DNA from: Phoronis australis
Lineage: Eukaryota > Animalia > Phoronida
Length of the DNA stretch: 64,000 nucleotides
Direction: 5' to 3'
Assembly (NCBI GenBank): GCA_002633005.1
Contig: NMRA01000658.1
Location: forward strand, 80,378-144,377
The stretch's first letter is position 1. Each line of letters starts with the position of its first letter. The notes beneath the pieces were generated by a model that had not been told where the DNA came from, searched no databases, and saw nothing but the letters and a program-made list of their open reading frames with translations. Positions 37,301-46,486 of the stretch are shown in pieces. Made by a program: the position numbers and the translations under genes.

Positions 37301-40300
37301 AACTAGATGTAGCACTTTGGAGGAAGTTTGTGGGTTTTCATGTTTTGAATTATCTCGCCCACCTTTCTTGTGTTCAGTATAAATACTCTGTTAGCTACTC
37401 TAGAATTCATATTGCTTGGAGAGAGGCTGCTGCTTGCTTCAAAAATATCACAGATACCCAGCGTTGGTAAGAGACAACTTTGTTTCTTGATGTTTTACTA
37501 TTAACTTTGACTTTAGAAACAACTATTTTCAGTTCTTTGATTATTTGATTAACTCATAGAAAGTGTTGTAATAGAAATTGTTCTAAATACAAGTTTATTC
37601 TAAGTATTGTTTGCCAAATTGTGAGTTGAGATAATATTATTAGATATGCATTTTCTGTATTTTAGTATGATATATTTGGTACTTCAATTTGTATTAGATA
37701 TTGTATTATCTTTATTAATTGTTTCAGGTTTAACCGTATCGTAACGTAAGATAGTAGATCGTATCGTATCGTATCATATCATAAATAAAGTTTTATGAGC
37801 CAATGTTACGGTATTATTATTATACGCGTGTAAACCGCTGGGTCAACAACAACAACAAGAGAGACATCTAATGTGCGTGCGACTGTACGCTACACAAACT
37901 TTTCAAACGAAATCAACCTTTGATTTAGACCATTTAGTTTGACCTGATCAAAACCGATTTCTGGCAGTTCGTTACTTCATGAACCAACATATTGGATCGG
38001 ATCCCTTCCTTTTTGGTGGAAGAAATCTAACTCATGCTATCACTGCCAGGAAAATTTTGAAACCCGAGTTAATCGCTTTTTTACGATTTTCATATTTATG
38101 CTGAAAGCAGGATAAGGAAATGCAGATTAAATTACTGATTGTGAAAAGTCCTTACAAGCTCACAACATCAAATTCAGTACACTCACCCTCTTTGCTGCCC
38201 TGGGTGGACAAACTTGAATTTCGAGCGCTCATCGCATTCGTCGAGTTGTCATGCACAGATTCTGAAATATTTGATTTTATCTTTACTCATTGTTGCTGCA
38301 ACTGCCAATAGCCTGCATACTTGGGGTCTATTTACTGCCAATAGCCTACATACTTGGGGTCTGTTCACAGCCAATAGCCTGCATACTTGGGGTCTATTTA
38401 CTGCCAATAGCCTGCATACTTGGACTCTATTTACTGCCAATAGCCTGCATACTTCGGCTCTATTTACTGCCAATAGCCTGTATACTTAGGCTCTATTTAC
38501 TGCCAATAGCCTGCAGACTTGGGGTCTATTCACTGCCAATAGCCTGCATACTTGGACTCTATTCACTGCCAATAGCCTGCATACTTGGGGTCTATTTACT
38601 GCCAATAGCCTGCATACTTGGGCTATATTTACTGCCAATAGCCCGCATACTTGGGCTCTATTTACTGCCAATAGCCTGCATACTTTGGCTCTATTTACTG
38701 CCAATAGCCTGCATTCTTTGGCTCTCTTTACCTTATATGCACAGATGTAAGCACATGTATTTGTGCTCAACTGTTTCACTTATATGCATGGTCCTATGCC
38801 TTGAACATTTATAAGCAGTCACCAATCACTTCAATATGTGTAAGTCTTCATTCTTAGTATTTTAGTTTGAAGGCACGTTTGTTTGACAGCTACCTTTTTG
38901 TAATGAATAGTCATTTTGACTCGCACGTTATTTTTAAAATCAATGCTCTGTATTGCTCTTGCTTTAAAAAGCAAGAGCAACATAGAGCATTGATATGCAA
39001 CCACTGTGTGAATCGCACACAGCACAGATGCAAGGGATGGTTAGTACGTTAAACATTCCTACTAACGGAAGAAATGCTAGTAAACTTAAAATAGCTTGCA
39101 TGGGATGAAAAGCAAGCCAACAATATTCTCTCCAAATCCTTGTAACACTACAGCTTCTATACCCATAATGACTGAGCAGCTGGTGCTGACAACTCCACTT
39201 GGCTTTGAACTCTGTGACCATGGCGACGGAGAAGGAGCAATGAGCTGTGATGAGAAGAAGTTGTCTATGGTCTTCTGTGCATGACTGTCTAGCTCAGCAT
39301 CATGGCTGAAAAATGTAAACCATCAAATGTTGACTGGATTAACAGCAGACAAAATACTGATCAGTGAATATAGCCAATAAATGAATTTCAAAACAGCTGT
39401 GCCACATTGAATTTCACCAACCTGCCAGATGGCCATCAGGTTTTTGGTAGAGCATTCAAAGCCTGATGTACATTCTGGAAATGAAATAACTATATTCTGG
39501 AGCTAAATAATAATTATATTATAGGCGGAAATATATAAAACAATAAATTTTATGACATGATAATTGTTATTTATAAATTCTTTGTTATTATCATTCCATC
39601 ATAGTAAGAAGAATCACGCAGCCCAACAGTCCAAAATAAGTTGGCGACTTTTTTTTTGATTTTGGTTGTTTTTGAGGAGTGTTGCTGTAAGCCTTTCAAT
39701 AAATTCACCTTAGAAGAAACCAATAAATCTGTCCAGATAGAATAGGCATGGTACGAGATGAGGTAAATGTTTGTGTATGCATTTAGTGGGCAGTTAACAC
39801 TGTAATGTGATTGATTGTGTATGCATTTAGTGGGCAGTTAACACTGTAATGTGATTGAAATGAATTAATTTAAACCCTTACACAATTTTGAAACATTTCG
39901 TCTTCTGTCATTGAATTTATTCCAGCAGATGATCCGAAGCCTGTATCAGTGGGGTGTATCCCAACATAACCCTGGTCAGTCACTGAAGAGGAATCCCTGC
40001 CCAGTTTCTTCAATTTAGGGGAGATCCCTCCCCCCAGAACTTCACCACGCACTTTGAAAGTGACACTAAGCACTACCTGTGGGATTGACTTCAAAGTGGG
40101 TTACCACTTTTTCAAAAGGCTGGTTAGGCCGCGGTTTCTCTTAATTTTCATTTCAATATACCTTTAAGTGTTTACGTCACTGTAGAGAATTATGAATGGG
40201 TCATGCATTGGAGAAAAAAATTAATTTGAAAGTACTCAAATTAATTTCACCGAGTGTCTAGGACTCAATGTTGAAAGATCCTAGCATCAACCATGGCAGA

Positions 40301-41976
40301 TGATATGATATTATTATGTGTGTAAGTCATCATTGCAGACTCTGGTTCTGTGTATTCACAGTGTAACTGCCCTATAAAGCATATGTGGTCACATGACAGG
40401 AACTAGTAGAATTTACAAGTCTGAGAAGATTGATGCCCTGACTGGGGCTCGAACCCAACTGAGGCACCGGGACAAGCAGCCGAACACACAACAATCAGAC
40501 TTTGAAAGAGTTCGTATCCACACTGTCAGATTTTTTATTTTTTAAATATGAGCACAGCCCCAGAAAAATCATTTTCACATTACACCCATGTTCTCATTCA
40601 TTCTCTTGCATACACTCACTAGTAAGACTGATCTCACAGGAGTAGGAGCCACTTTTGTGCAATGCTCGATTGTCTGCCAATAAAGCCAGGACTCAAACTC
40701 ACAGTCTCCTCCAGTGTCAGATATTTGCAATAAATAATGATCGTCATAGGGCTTGAGCCGAGGTCTGGGTCGCAATCCGTTCAGGCTTTGTAATTACACT
40801 GTCACATCATGTGACCACATACCAGACAGTACGACTCAGCAGGGATCGTACCCTATGCATAATATAATTATTTCCCACAAAAATCAATACCTATGTTGTC
40901 ATTTAATTTCTTTTTTTCAAGGCTAAGTTCCTTGCCGCAAATACTAGAAACCTTACCAAGCGCTATTTGATGACATCTACAATGCACAAAACCAAGCTAA
41001 AAATAGACTACAATTTCCATTTTTCTTGAGAAATTTGACCAAAAATTCACTCGTTCACTTTTGTCTGCCACATGTGTACAAAATAGGTGAAGAATTGTCA
41101 CATTCTTGTTTATTAGCTAGTCATAATAAACCTGCACACATTCTGTAGACACAAGAAACTCGTGAAAATGCAAGATTCCACAAGATACGTGATCACACCA
41201 GTTTCTTTTATGAGATTCTTGTGCCTGTGGAACTCAGCACAGGTCTTTGTCATAAAATGGCAAGTGACCTACATATCTGTCTGGTGCTCCAGCAATTTCT
41301 CGTCTATATCAGCAGGATGTAGTAATGCCATCTGGTCTATTGACCAACGGAAGTTTTTTGTACTCTGCAACAAAACGGTAGAATAGTTTTGGTAACCAGA
41401 CACAATGGTTAGCAGTTTAACAACTCTCAGCAGACAGCATTTGATTTCATAAAGCAGCCTTTTTCGAAACGTGACACGGATACCAGCAGTTATTAACTTT
41501 TGAATACCCAACATTAGTTGCAAGTGAAAACGAAAGGATGCATGGACGACATGAGAGACGCAGCATTCATTCATTGAAGCAGTGTTTACCTTATCTCCAC
41601 TACTTGGCGTGGATATCTTTGAGAACACACTGGGACTAAAGGTCGCTACATGCAGGCGACTCAACATGAATTTCTCAAACGGATTTGACACTGTGCTGGA
41701 CAGCTCTTCTATTCGACTGGGAGTGTCCGGAACTGTAGTGTCCGGCACGGGCGTAGACGCCTTACATGGAGTCTGCACACTCATGTTGCACGACTGGTCT
41801 GCCGCGGCTATCTTCATTGGGCTACCGCTGCCAGCCATATATGTGTCCTTCTGGTTGAGTCCGTTATCCGAGTTGTGGTTCAGCCGATACAGCTTAGTGA
41901 AAACATTGGACTTTCCTGGTGTTCTGAACAATGGACTCATCTCAGGCCCTTGACCCATTTCTGTTGTTCCACTCAT
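18424..41976 (-). CDS. bora: Protein aurora borealis (Aurora A activator), 9 coding exons, about 731 aa
   Basis: Exons 41976-41590, 41364-41273, 39305-39163, 38261-38187, 36786-36618, 33869-33770, 29034-28911, 27574-27383, 19337-18424. All introns are GT-AG, phases are compatible, total 2196 nt. Bora motifs: NPFE, SPSVF, FRWSIDQMA..PADID, IDNFF...PSPW, SQT.LSFPVSFDL, SSLRRKLF, QFSSSPI and degron-like DTGYCT. Confidence 0.92.
19920..20400 (-). pseudogene. C-terminal remnant of an Academ(X)-like transposase (XPG-tail plus Cys-rich finger)
   Basis: Across frameshifts: FVCKLYG..VNKACY, DLPPHHDCLLLHAKRANYQCAIHKR, HWMTLPLAP, KCKRSGCSKKMCSCLESGMPCSKLCDCPDCE, then an acidic tail. Confidence 0.7.
22500..23155 (-). 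pseudogene. N-terminal remnant of an Academ-like transposase, split by a MITE at about 22712-22955
   Basis: CPCCTH...KFSDITWCKATANKR... followed, after the insertion, by CFYHKQCYRHLTDVRKIERA. Confidence 0.5.
23703..24185. mobile_element. hAT6-like MITE with 6-bp TSD
   Basis: Perfect TIR CAGGGCTTGGAAT / ATTCCAAGCCCTG; GGGACT on both flanks; subterminal GCGGAA/GCAGAA motifs. Confidence 0.8.
24301..24562. mobile_element. hAT5-like MITE with 5-bp TSD
   Basis: CAGTGGCGGATTTAGG ... CCTGGATCCGCCCATG; CTCAC at 24296-24300 and 24563-24567. Confidence 0.75.
24788..25047 (+). pseudogene. KolX / P2X7-ballast-like Cys-rich domain remnant
   Basis: KRLNDLSWCQYANCTIMETTDACVCCHKI...RCV, then after frameshifts DHPDF and NRGVL; fits an R....WC.C..C..M.T..EC.CC...C...HP.F pattern. 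Confidence 0.7.
25205..25490 (-). pseudogene. THAP DNA-binding domain remnant (transposase N-terminus)
   Basis: SWCIVPTC...SFFRFH*...KWLKAV...VCDRHFVDSDF, frameshift, KRLTLKSDAVP: the C2CH signature plus the AVP box. Confidence 0.85.
25755..27255. mobile_element. Two HINE/Helentron-like copies of one family, one nested in inverted orientation in the other
   Basis: 25755-25893 is the reverse complement of about 26855-26993, and 25905-26100 of about 27040-27235. GTCC/GGAC microsatellite-like tract, CCACTAGGTGGC cores, terminal hairpin CCACATATAAATATGTGG. Confidence 0.65.
27383..27574 (-). CDS. bora: bora coding exon 8
   Basis: CCCCCAG| GNIGNSPF...FTSPNMSPIG...SLNFD A|GTATGC; S/T-P rich, phase 1-1. 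Confidence 0.8.
28911..29034 (-). CDS. bora: bora coding exon 7
   Basis: GTTCCAG| AQFSSSPII...SSPELSPIMSRRIKTPAP G|GTAACT; SSP polo-box docking motif. Confidence 0.9.
29305..33377 (-). mobile_element. Intact, very recent, compact Ty3/Gypsy LTR retrotransposon (4073 bp) in bora intron 6
   Basis: Identical 113-bp LTRs at 29305-29417 and 33265-33377 (TG...CA); TSD GTAAT at 29300-29304 and 33378-33382; PBS TGGTGGCAGC (tRNA-Leu) abutting the 5' LTR; PPT GAGGGGGAGA at 29418-29427. Confidence 0.99.
29463..33242 (-). CDS. Single-ORF Gag-Pol polyprotein, 1259 aa
   Basis: Gag, two Zn knuckles (CSRCG..H...C; CRKC..GHW..AC), protease LDTGA, RT (HMDD), RNase H (DAS, ERECLA, TDHKPL), integrase HHCC plus TDLF/SDNG/NGEAE; no stops. 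Confidence 0.98.
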   Translation of the reverse strand: MELMKPPSEDLDLNSGNVSENWRRFRQKFEVYLVASGATDFSDERKVALFLHCVGDDALALYNTISFENEEASKNLDIVLTKFEEFCSPRKNVTYERYKFHSRKQMEGETIKNFVTHLRTLAQTCEFGELEKSLIKDQLVLGVRDDGLRAKLLRQGGQADGLSLEAALDSCHAAEASGMQFREITATVGDSTSVGAVNEISKCSRCGKTAHGTGERCPARSSECRKCKRRGHWAVACKTHLQQEGVKEVSTGLGNGKHEEMPREFLGEITPGENDIVKPLRVFTQGGFDKTFEFKLDTGAGVTVLPCAGGPWPKLNQSQKRLFATGNIELDVPGCFDATVQYKDKTLRETVYVVTGQATGLLSRRLSIGLGLIKVVDSVDDGPRNIADGSLGRLKGRQYSIKLDDKHEPHAIFTARPVPIPLRPVVEAELRRMESIGVIRPIEEPTDWVSPMVVVPKEDGKVRICSDMTKLNAAVKREVFPMANVEDSLAQLSKGRVFSKLDANSGFWQIELAPESQKLTTFLSPFGRYCYCRLPFGLASAPEVFSREMSSVLEGLSGVVVHMDDILVYGASMEEHDIRLSAVLKRIEHSGLTLNPEKCVYRQTEVKFLGNIIDSEGIRPDPKAIDSIVKIPEPKNVKELQSFLGAINQYGKFSPKFAELAAPLRALLRKDSVWRWDCAQTEAFASVKQELSKPHVLAQFDVSLKTIVTADASLHGLGATLSQVQPDGTRRLVAAASRSLSQTESNYTCIERECLALTWACDRYRNYIVGLKVILETDHKPLIPILSTKDVNNLTPRLQRLRLRLMRFDFEVLHLPGKDNLIADMLSRNPSSEDRDEVLELSTELFAKVAVQNLPATSRRLEEIKHAQALDEVCQKVASFCKTSWPKYLSSQESILKPYWDVQHELTLVDGLLMKGHCIVIPSCERLDVLQRIHVGHLGITKCRERAKACVWWPGMSLAIEDMVKACRRCREHQSVKREPLQTTEWPDGPWQTLGTDLFEYKGSQYLLVVDYYSRYPEIAKLEAATSSCVINHMKSIFARHGIPFVVRSDNGPCYASAEFANFAKDYDFILLTSSPKYPQANGEAERFVETVKGLLRKCDDPYLALLSYRNTPIANGESPARLLMNRTLRTTLPSVPDARPVELDRDSLRIKEHDYKIQMAKAFDSRHRAREIPTYHEGQSVMIRDMKRPAVVVQDKDRSVTLETDKGSITRNRRDVMMMPPPPPDDSVPAILPTSPTNSLRSPSHRVRKPPIRYGFED
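33770..33869 (-). CDS. bora: bora coding exon 6
   Basis: TTTTTTCCAG| MKASCVPHELSPQ...HATPQHRRGVAKT |GTATGT; converts phase 2 to phase 0 as required. Confidence 0.8.
34030..35228. repeat. Minisatellite with 35-, 41- and 71-bp variant units (bora intron 5)
   Basis: Core AGAATGTTGCATAGACCTAAAATATGGCATTGGTTCCTTCT (41 bp); a 35-bp deletion variant; a 71-bp variant adding AGGTAGTTGCATATTTCAAGTGTATCTCTG. Confidence 0.97.
35728..36402. repeat. Pair of diverged ~135-bp direct repeats flanking a ~400-bp spacer
   Basis: TATTCACTATATTTAC...TATTATTCGGGACAT at about 35728-35865 and 36267-36402. Confidence 0.75.
36618..36786 (-). CDS. bora: bora coding exon 5
   Basis: TTTGTTTCAG| ASQTALSFPVSFDLQKILSDFY...SLSTSSLRRKLF...ASPV |GTAAGC. 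Confidence 0.92.
38187..38261 (-). CDS. bora: bora coding exon 4 (75 bp, phase 1-1, skippable in frame)
   Basis: TATTTCAG| ESVHDNSTNAMSARNSSLSTQGSKE G|GTGAGT. Confidence 0.7.
38300..38725. repeat. 33-bp minisatellite, about 13 copies
   Basis: Unit ACTGCCAATAGCCTGCATACTTGGGGTCTATTT. Confidence 0.97.
39163..39305 (-). CDS. bora: bora coding exon 3
   Basis: TTTTTCAG| HDAELDSHAQKTIDNFFSSQLIAPSPSPW...; the donor G|GTATAG is weak but phase-compatible. Confidence 0.85.
40425..40490 (-). mobile_element. Possible tRNA-derived SINE head fragment
   Basis: Minus strand GGGTTCGAGCCCCAGTCAGGGCA resembles a B-box/T-arm; weaker similar motifs near 40690 and 40845. Confidence 0.35.
41273..41364 (-). CDS. 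bora: bora coding exon 2
   Basis: TTGCAG| STKNFRWSIDQMALLHPADIDEKLLEHQTD |GTAGGT. Confidence 0.92.
41590..41976 (-). CDS. bora: bora coding exon 1
   Basis: ATG at 41976 lies just after an acceptor (TTATTTCATAG, about 41990), implying an upstream UTR exon; contains NPFE and FSPSVF; donor AAG|GTAAAC. Confidence 0.88.
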
Positions 41977-42252
41977 CACTGTGGCCTAGCTATGAAATAA
42001 AACAGGAGTGCTCAATTTAAGCAAACTTATATCTGTTGCATATCTGCCAATGAAAATAAAAATTGTGCTTCTGTCTTCACAATATGGTGTTATCCTAACA
42101 AAATCTGTACAGGCAAAAAACTCATAAAATATGCACTTGGCATGATCTGGTACCAAGTAACCCTCGATCAGTTTAAATTCACCGTGAAGTCGAAAATGAG
42201 AATCATTCAGGAACCATTGAAAAACAAAGCTGTCTTAGTATTTGGAGCTTGT

Positions 42253-42413
42253 TTGACTGTAAGACTTACGTTTACACGTACATAACAACGAACATGCAAT
42301 ATCCGATTGACTGTAAGGCTTAAGTTTACACGCACATAATGACGAACATGCAATATCCGATTGACTGTAAGACTTAGGTTTACATGTGCATAACAACCAA
42401 CATGCAATATCCG
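42253..42413. repeat. 54-bp tandem repeat, 3 copies
   Basis: Unit TTGACTGTAAGACTTACGTTTACACGTACATAACAACGAACATGCAATATCCGA and variants. Confidence 0.92.
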
Positions 42414-42568
42414 AAGTAAAACTGAAATACATTAAAGATGTTCAGACAATTGGCGAATATATTGAAAACAATTAAAGCCATTGGGGAAAAACTAAGGAAA
42501 CTAAGGACCCTGGCCCCTAAGTTGGCGGCAGCGAAGGCGATGTCCAGGCAAAAACTGATGACTGTTTT

Positions 42569-44802
42569 GGGTCATTCCACATTAAATCACCCAGAGGGTG
42601 TCAGGTCACCATCTCAGAATTGGATGAAAATTTACTGAGGTGTTAATCATAGTACATAATGATTACCTGCAAAATTTCTTTCACGTAAGTCAAAGGGTCT
42701 CCGAGATATAGCCCTTCAAAATATTGGGTGCCACGCCCATTTTTGACCTCGCGAATTGAAACTGTGATTTTTTTCAGATTTTGGAGGTCTGTCACTTCAA
42801 AATAAAGCATTGCATTGTTCTGAAAATGCTTGTATGGATTAACTGGATACCAGGCTGTCAGAATCAATCACCAGAGTTCACTTGGCTAATGTCATACCTG
42901 AACTGAGGGGGCCCCAAATGCCAAAAAACTGTGATCGCGAATCCCGAATTCGATTTTTGATTGGCTCCAGAATGTTAAATAAAAGAAATTAAAGCACTTA
43001 AACAGTCAATAAGTATATTCCTTGTTACTGTTAACTGTAATGATTTTCAGGCTCAGGTTATAGAATTTATTCCAAAAGACAATGTCATATTGGTTGCAAA
43101 GTTTACTTAAATTTTGTCAGGGGCTTTGATGGGGTCATAGGGTCACAACCAACAAAACTCCTTATAAGGAAAAAACGAAAGCTTCACGTGAGAAATGCAC
43201 ACGTAACAGCCAATACGATTCATCATCCTGAAAATAGCAACCAATAAGAAGTGTCAAAAGCATTTCCATTCAAAAACAATAGCATCATTTTCTCTTAGTG
43301 TCATTCCACATCATGTCAGGCAGTCAGGCTAGTGTTGAAGATCACTCCTGTTCCAACACAGTCACTAAAAGCATGCCAAGTCCATGTAAGATTGGCATTC
43401 GCCTCGACAGTCCTTGTTATAAAATATATTTGAACCGACAACAAGGTGTCATTCTTATAAAAGACCTTGATCAAGAAAAAAAGGAAACTTCTGTCCTGGA
43501 GAACTGGATTGTCACTTTTTGATGAAGATTAACTTTGTATGCATCATGAAAAACAGTTTTTAACTTGCTATGAAAGTACCTAGAGATGTTGTGCGGATCT
43601 TTTCTTGTGTCACACAAAGGACATTACAAGTAATTCTCACTCACTGCATGGATCAAAGTGCTTCAAGGATTACTGAGCTTTAATGTAGGCTTTAAAAATA
43701 TATCTGACATGGTTTTGTCTTGTATTGTGAGAATGTTCTTCTCAAGTTTTAAAATTTAGACTACTAAAATGGTTCTTAAAATACCAAAATCATCAGTTTT
43801 CACAATTTATGCCCAGGCAAAGATGCTCTGGAAGACCATCTGACAGTGACCTTGAATTTGACGACATGATTAGTTATAAGCAGTGGACGCAAATGGACTC
43901 TACTCTCGGATCAGGAGTTTTGTTGGTTGTGACCCTATGACCCCATCAAAGCCCTGACAAAATTTAAGTAAACTTTGCAACCAATATGACATTGTCTTTT
44001 GGAATAAATTCTATAACCTGAGCCTGAAAATCATTACTTCTATCAATATTATGAACTTGCTGCCATTGCGGATGAGAAAATTTTATGAAAACCCTCGATT
44101 TAAGAGTCCTTAAACCATGAAGGAGTTTTAAACACAATTTTTTTTTGGTTTCATAATCTTCATACATGTTTCATTATGTGAGAAAAAAATCAATATCATT
44201 GTAAACTGCAGACATTGTTTTTTTGGGTGCCAAAAATGGCTGAAGAAATGCATTACTTAACTGAAACTGATTTTTAGTGCCACATAGCTTCAACATTGAC
44301 CACCAAAATAAGTTGTTTATTACTTTTTATAGTTAACAGTAACAAGGAATATACTTATTGACTGTTAAAGTGTTTTAATTTCTTTTATTTAACATTCTGG
44401 AGCCAATCAAAAATCGCATTCGGAATTCGCGATCACAGTTCTTTTGGCATTTGGGGCCCCCTCAGTTCAGATGTGACATTAGCCAAGTGAACTCTGGTGA
44501 TTGATTCTGACAGCCTGGTATCCAGTTAATCCATACAAGCATTTTCAGAACAATGCAATGCTTAATTTTGAAGTGACAGACCTCCAAAATCTGAAAAAAT
44601 CACAGTTTCAATTTGCGAGGTCAAAAATGGGCGTGGCACCCAATATTTTGAAGGGCTATATCTCGGAGACCCTTTGACTTACGTGCAAAATTTTTTGCAG
44701 GTATTCATTGTGTACTATGATTAACATCTCAGTAAATTTTCATCCAATTCTGAGACGGTGACCTGACACCCTCTGGGTGATTTCATGTGGTTAAAATGAC
44801 CA
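42569..44802 (+). mobile_element. Long-TIR DNA transposon deletion derivative (Sola2-like)
   Basis: The left arm 42569-43162 is the reverse complement of the right arm 43913-44802, apart from an extra ~290 bp (about 44038-44330) in the right arm. GGG terminus (GGGTCATTCC); internal coding remnant. Confidence 0.85.
43373..43630 (+). pseudogene. Transposase N-terminal remnant resembling the ARL14EP N-terminal Cys/His domain
   Basis: MPSPCKIGIRLDSPCYKIYLNRQQGVILIKDLDQEK/RKLLSWRTGLSLFDED*LCMHHEKQFLTCYEST*RCCADLFLCHTK (one frameshift, two stops). Confidence 0.7.
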
Positions 44803-46486
44803 ATTTTTACTGGTGGTAGAGACAAGCAAACTTTTATCAAGTGGACACATAAAATCACTTGGAATTTAATTACATTTCTATTGGAGTCTCCTAAATTACA
44901 ATTAACTGGCTAACAAAACCCTAGAATTTTCATATCATGCTGTTGTCAGTAGAAAAATCTCTACCAATCTTCTTAATCATCCTTTGAGCAGTTTTACACA
45001 TAGAGAGATTGACTTCAGCCAAGACCATCCAAAATAATAACATACACCTAAAATTCCTGAGACAACCTAACAAAACCATGGAAATGAAATTGCCCAACCA
45101 AGCAGGCTGACTCATTGCTACACACATTTGGCAATAGATGTCACTGCACAGCTGATAGCTCTTCAAATATAGAGATAGATTTGCTCATTTTTGCAAGCAG
45201 AAAAGTTTTCCGAGTTCATGGTACTTCCGTCCGATTCAGAAGCTACCCTACCTGTGTCGGTATAATGCACTGTTATCTCCGACTGATTCTAAATAAAAAT
45301 ACGATTTTTTACTGTTGTTCAGAAGATTTGAATAATAGCTTCAGTTTATGACAGTACGTGAGCAGGTGAAAGGTAAGGTGAGAATTCGGGGATTTCGGAC
45401 GCTGTCGCTTGTCTGCTCGTAAACAAACTTACCCCTTGAATATGGTGCTGCATTAATTTGGTGCTGTTAGTGTTGTCTTATGAAAAAATAAAGTTTCACT
45501 AATGCGCACCTCAGCCCAAAATAGGGGGCTCGAAGTTTTCAGTATGTGGACCTTTTACAGAAATAAACGGCGATTAAAAAAAAACCCGTTTACTACGTTC
45601 AGACCTGTGAATCGTGCATTGTCGCCAAATTCCTGTGGACTGAGGCGGGCCTTTTTCCCCACTTCGCCAAGTAGGGAGGGGGGTGGGTGTGAGGTAAGTC
45701 AGGCACATTTGATGCCTCGTTTTCGTGCCACTATAGTTTCACATGTTATTTGTTGTCTGATTCTTTACAAGTTTTCCTCGGTTGCAGTTCCTCCCTCCCT
45801 AACGGAGTATACGATTAGTGCTGTTCTGTTGGTTGCAACTCCCGATGTGAAAAAGTTTGATAAACTGGACAAATACCTGTGGATGCATGATCTGAATTTT
45901 TTTGCCTGCCTGACATCAATGCAAGACACGAAAATGTGCCTGGTTTTCAAAATGAGGTCACATGCTTTCTTATCTCCGGGACAAAGGAGTGTCAGAATTT
46001 AGACTGACACTGTTCTTTGTTATATTGTTCTGTTTCTATTGTTTCAGCATTGCTGCGATGAATGGAAATAAGCTTGGGGTCGATTTTGACTGCTTGATTT
46101 TTAGTAACAGTGAATTTTGCAGATTGCTGGCGTACATGTAAACATAAGGAGTAAAATCACCCAAAAATCTCTCCTTTTCGTACATCTAGAACTTGAGATC
46201 GGTGTTGATGAAAATGCTCTCAATACTTCTGCCACAACTTAAAACAACTTGAAAATCAAATTACAACAACTATATTGATTGGCTAACTACAAGAGGCCCA
46301 CACAGGTACCGTAAATAAAGATAATGTGACCAGACAGTAAAATGCAAACAAAATATTTGTGTGTGCAGCAACAAATATTCTGTTTTAAGGTCATTGACTA
46401 TAAATGCTCTTTTGTTTCAGCAAAAACGAGAAAGACAGTGAGCCAAGTGAAACAACAGCAACAAAATCCAGACTGTGGCAAAAACT

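Noticed and set aside
37345-37440. Extra bora exon candidate (ASSSLSPSNM...)
   Set aside because: Weak acceptor, and the donor phase does not fit exon 5; not needed for the reading frame.
38214-38814. Repetitive ORFs up to 174 aa on both strands
   Set aside because: By-product of a 33-bp unit (a multiple of 3) in a bora intron.
45502-46002. 166-aa ORF upstream of paralog A
   Set aside because: The first half is a MITE-family fragment (similar to 16.3-16.5 kb); no protein-like features.
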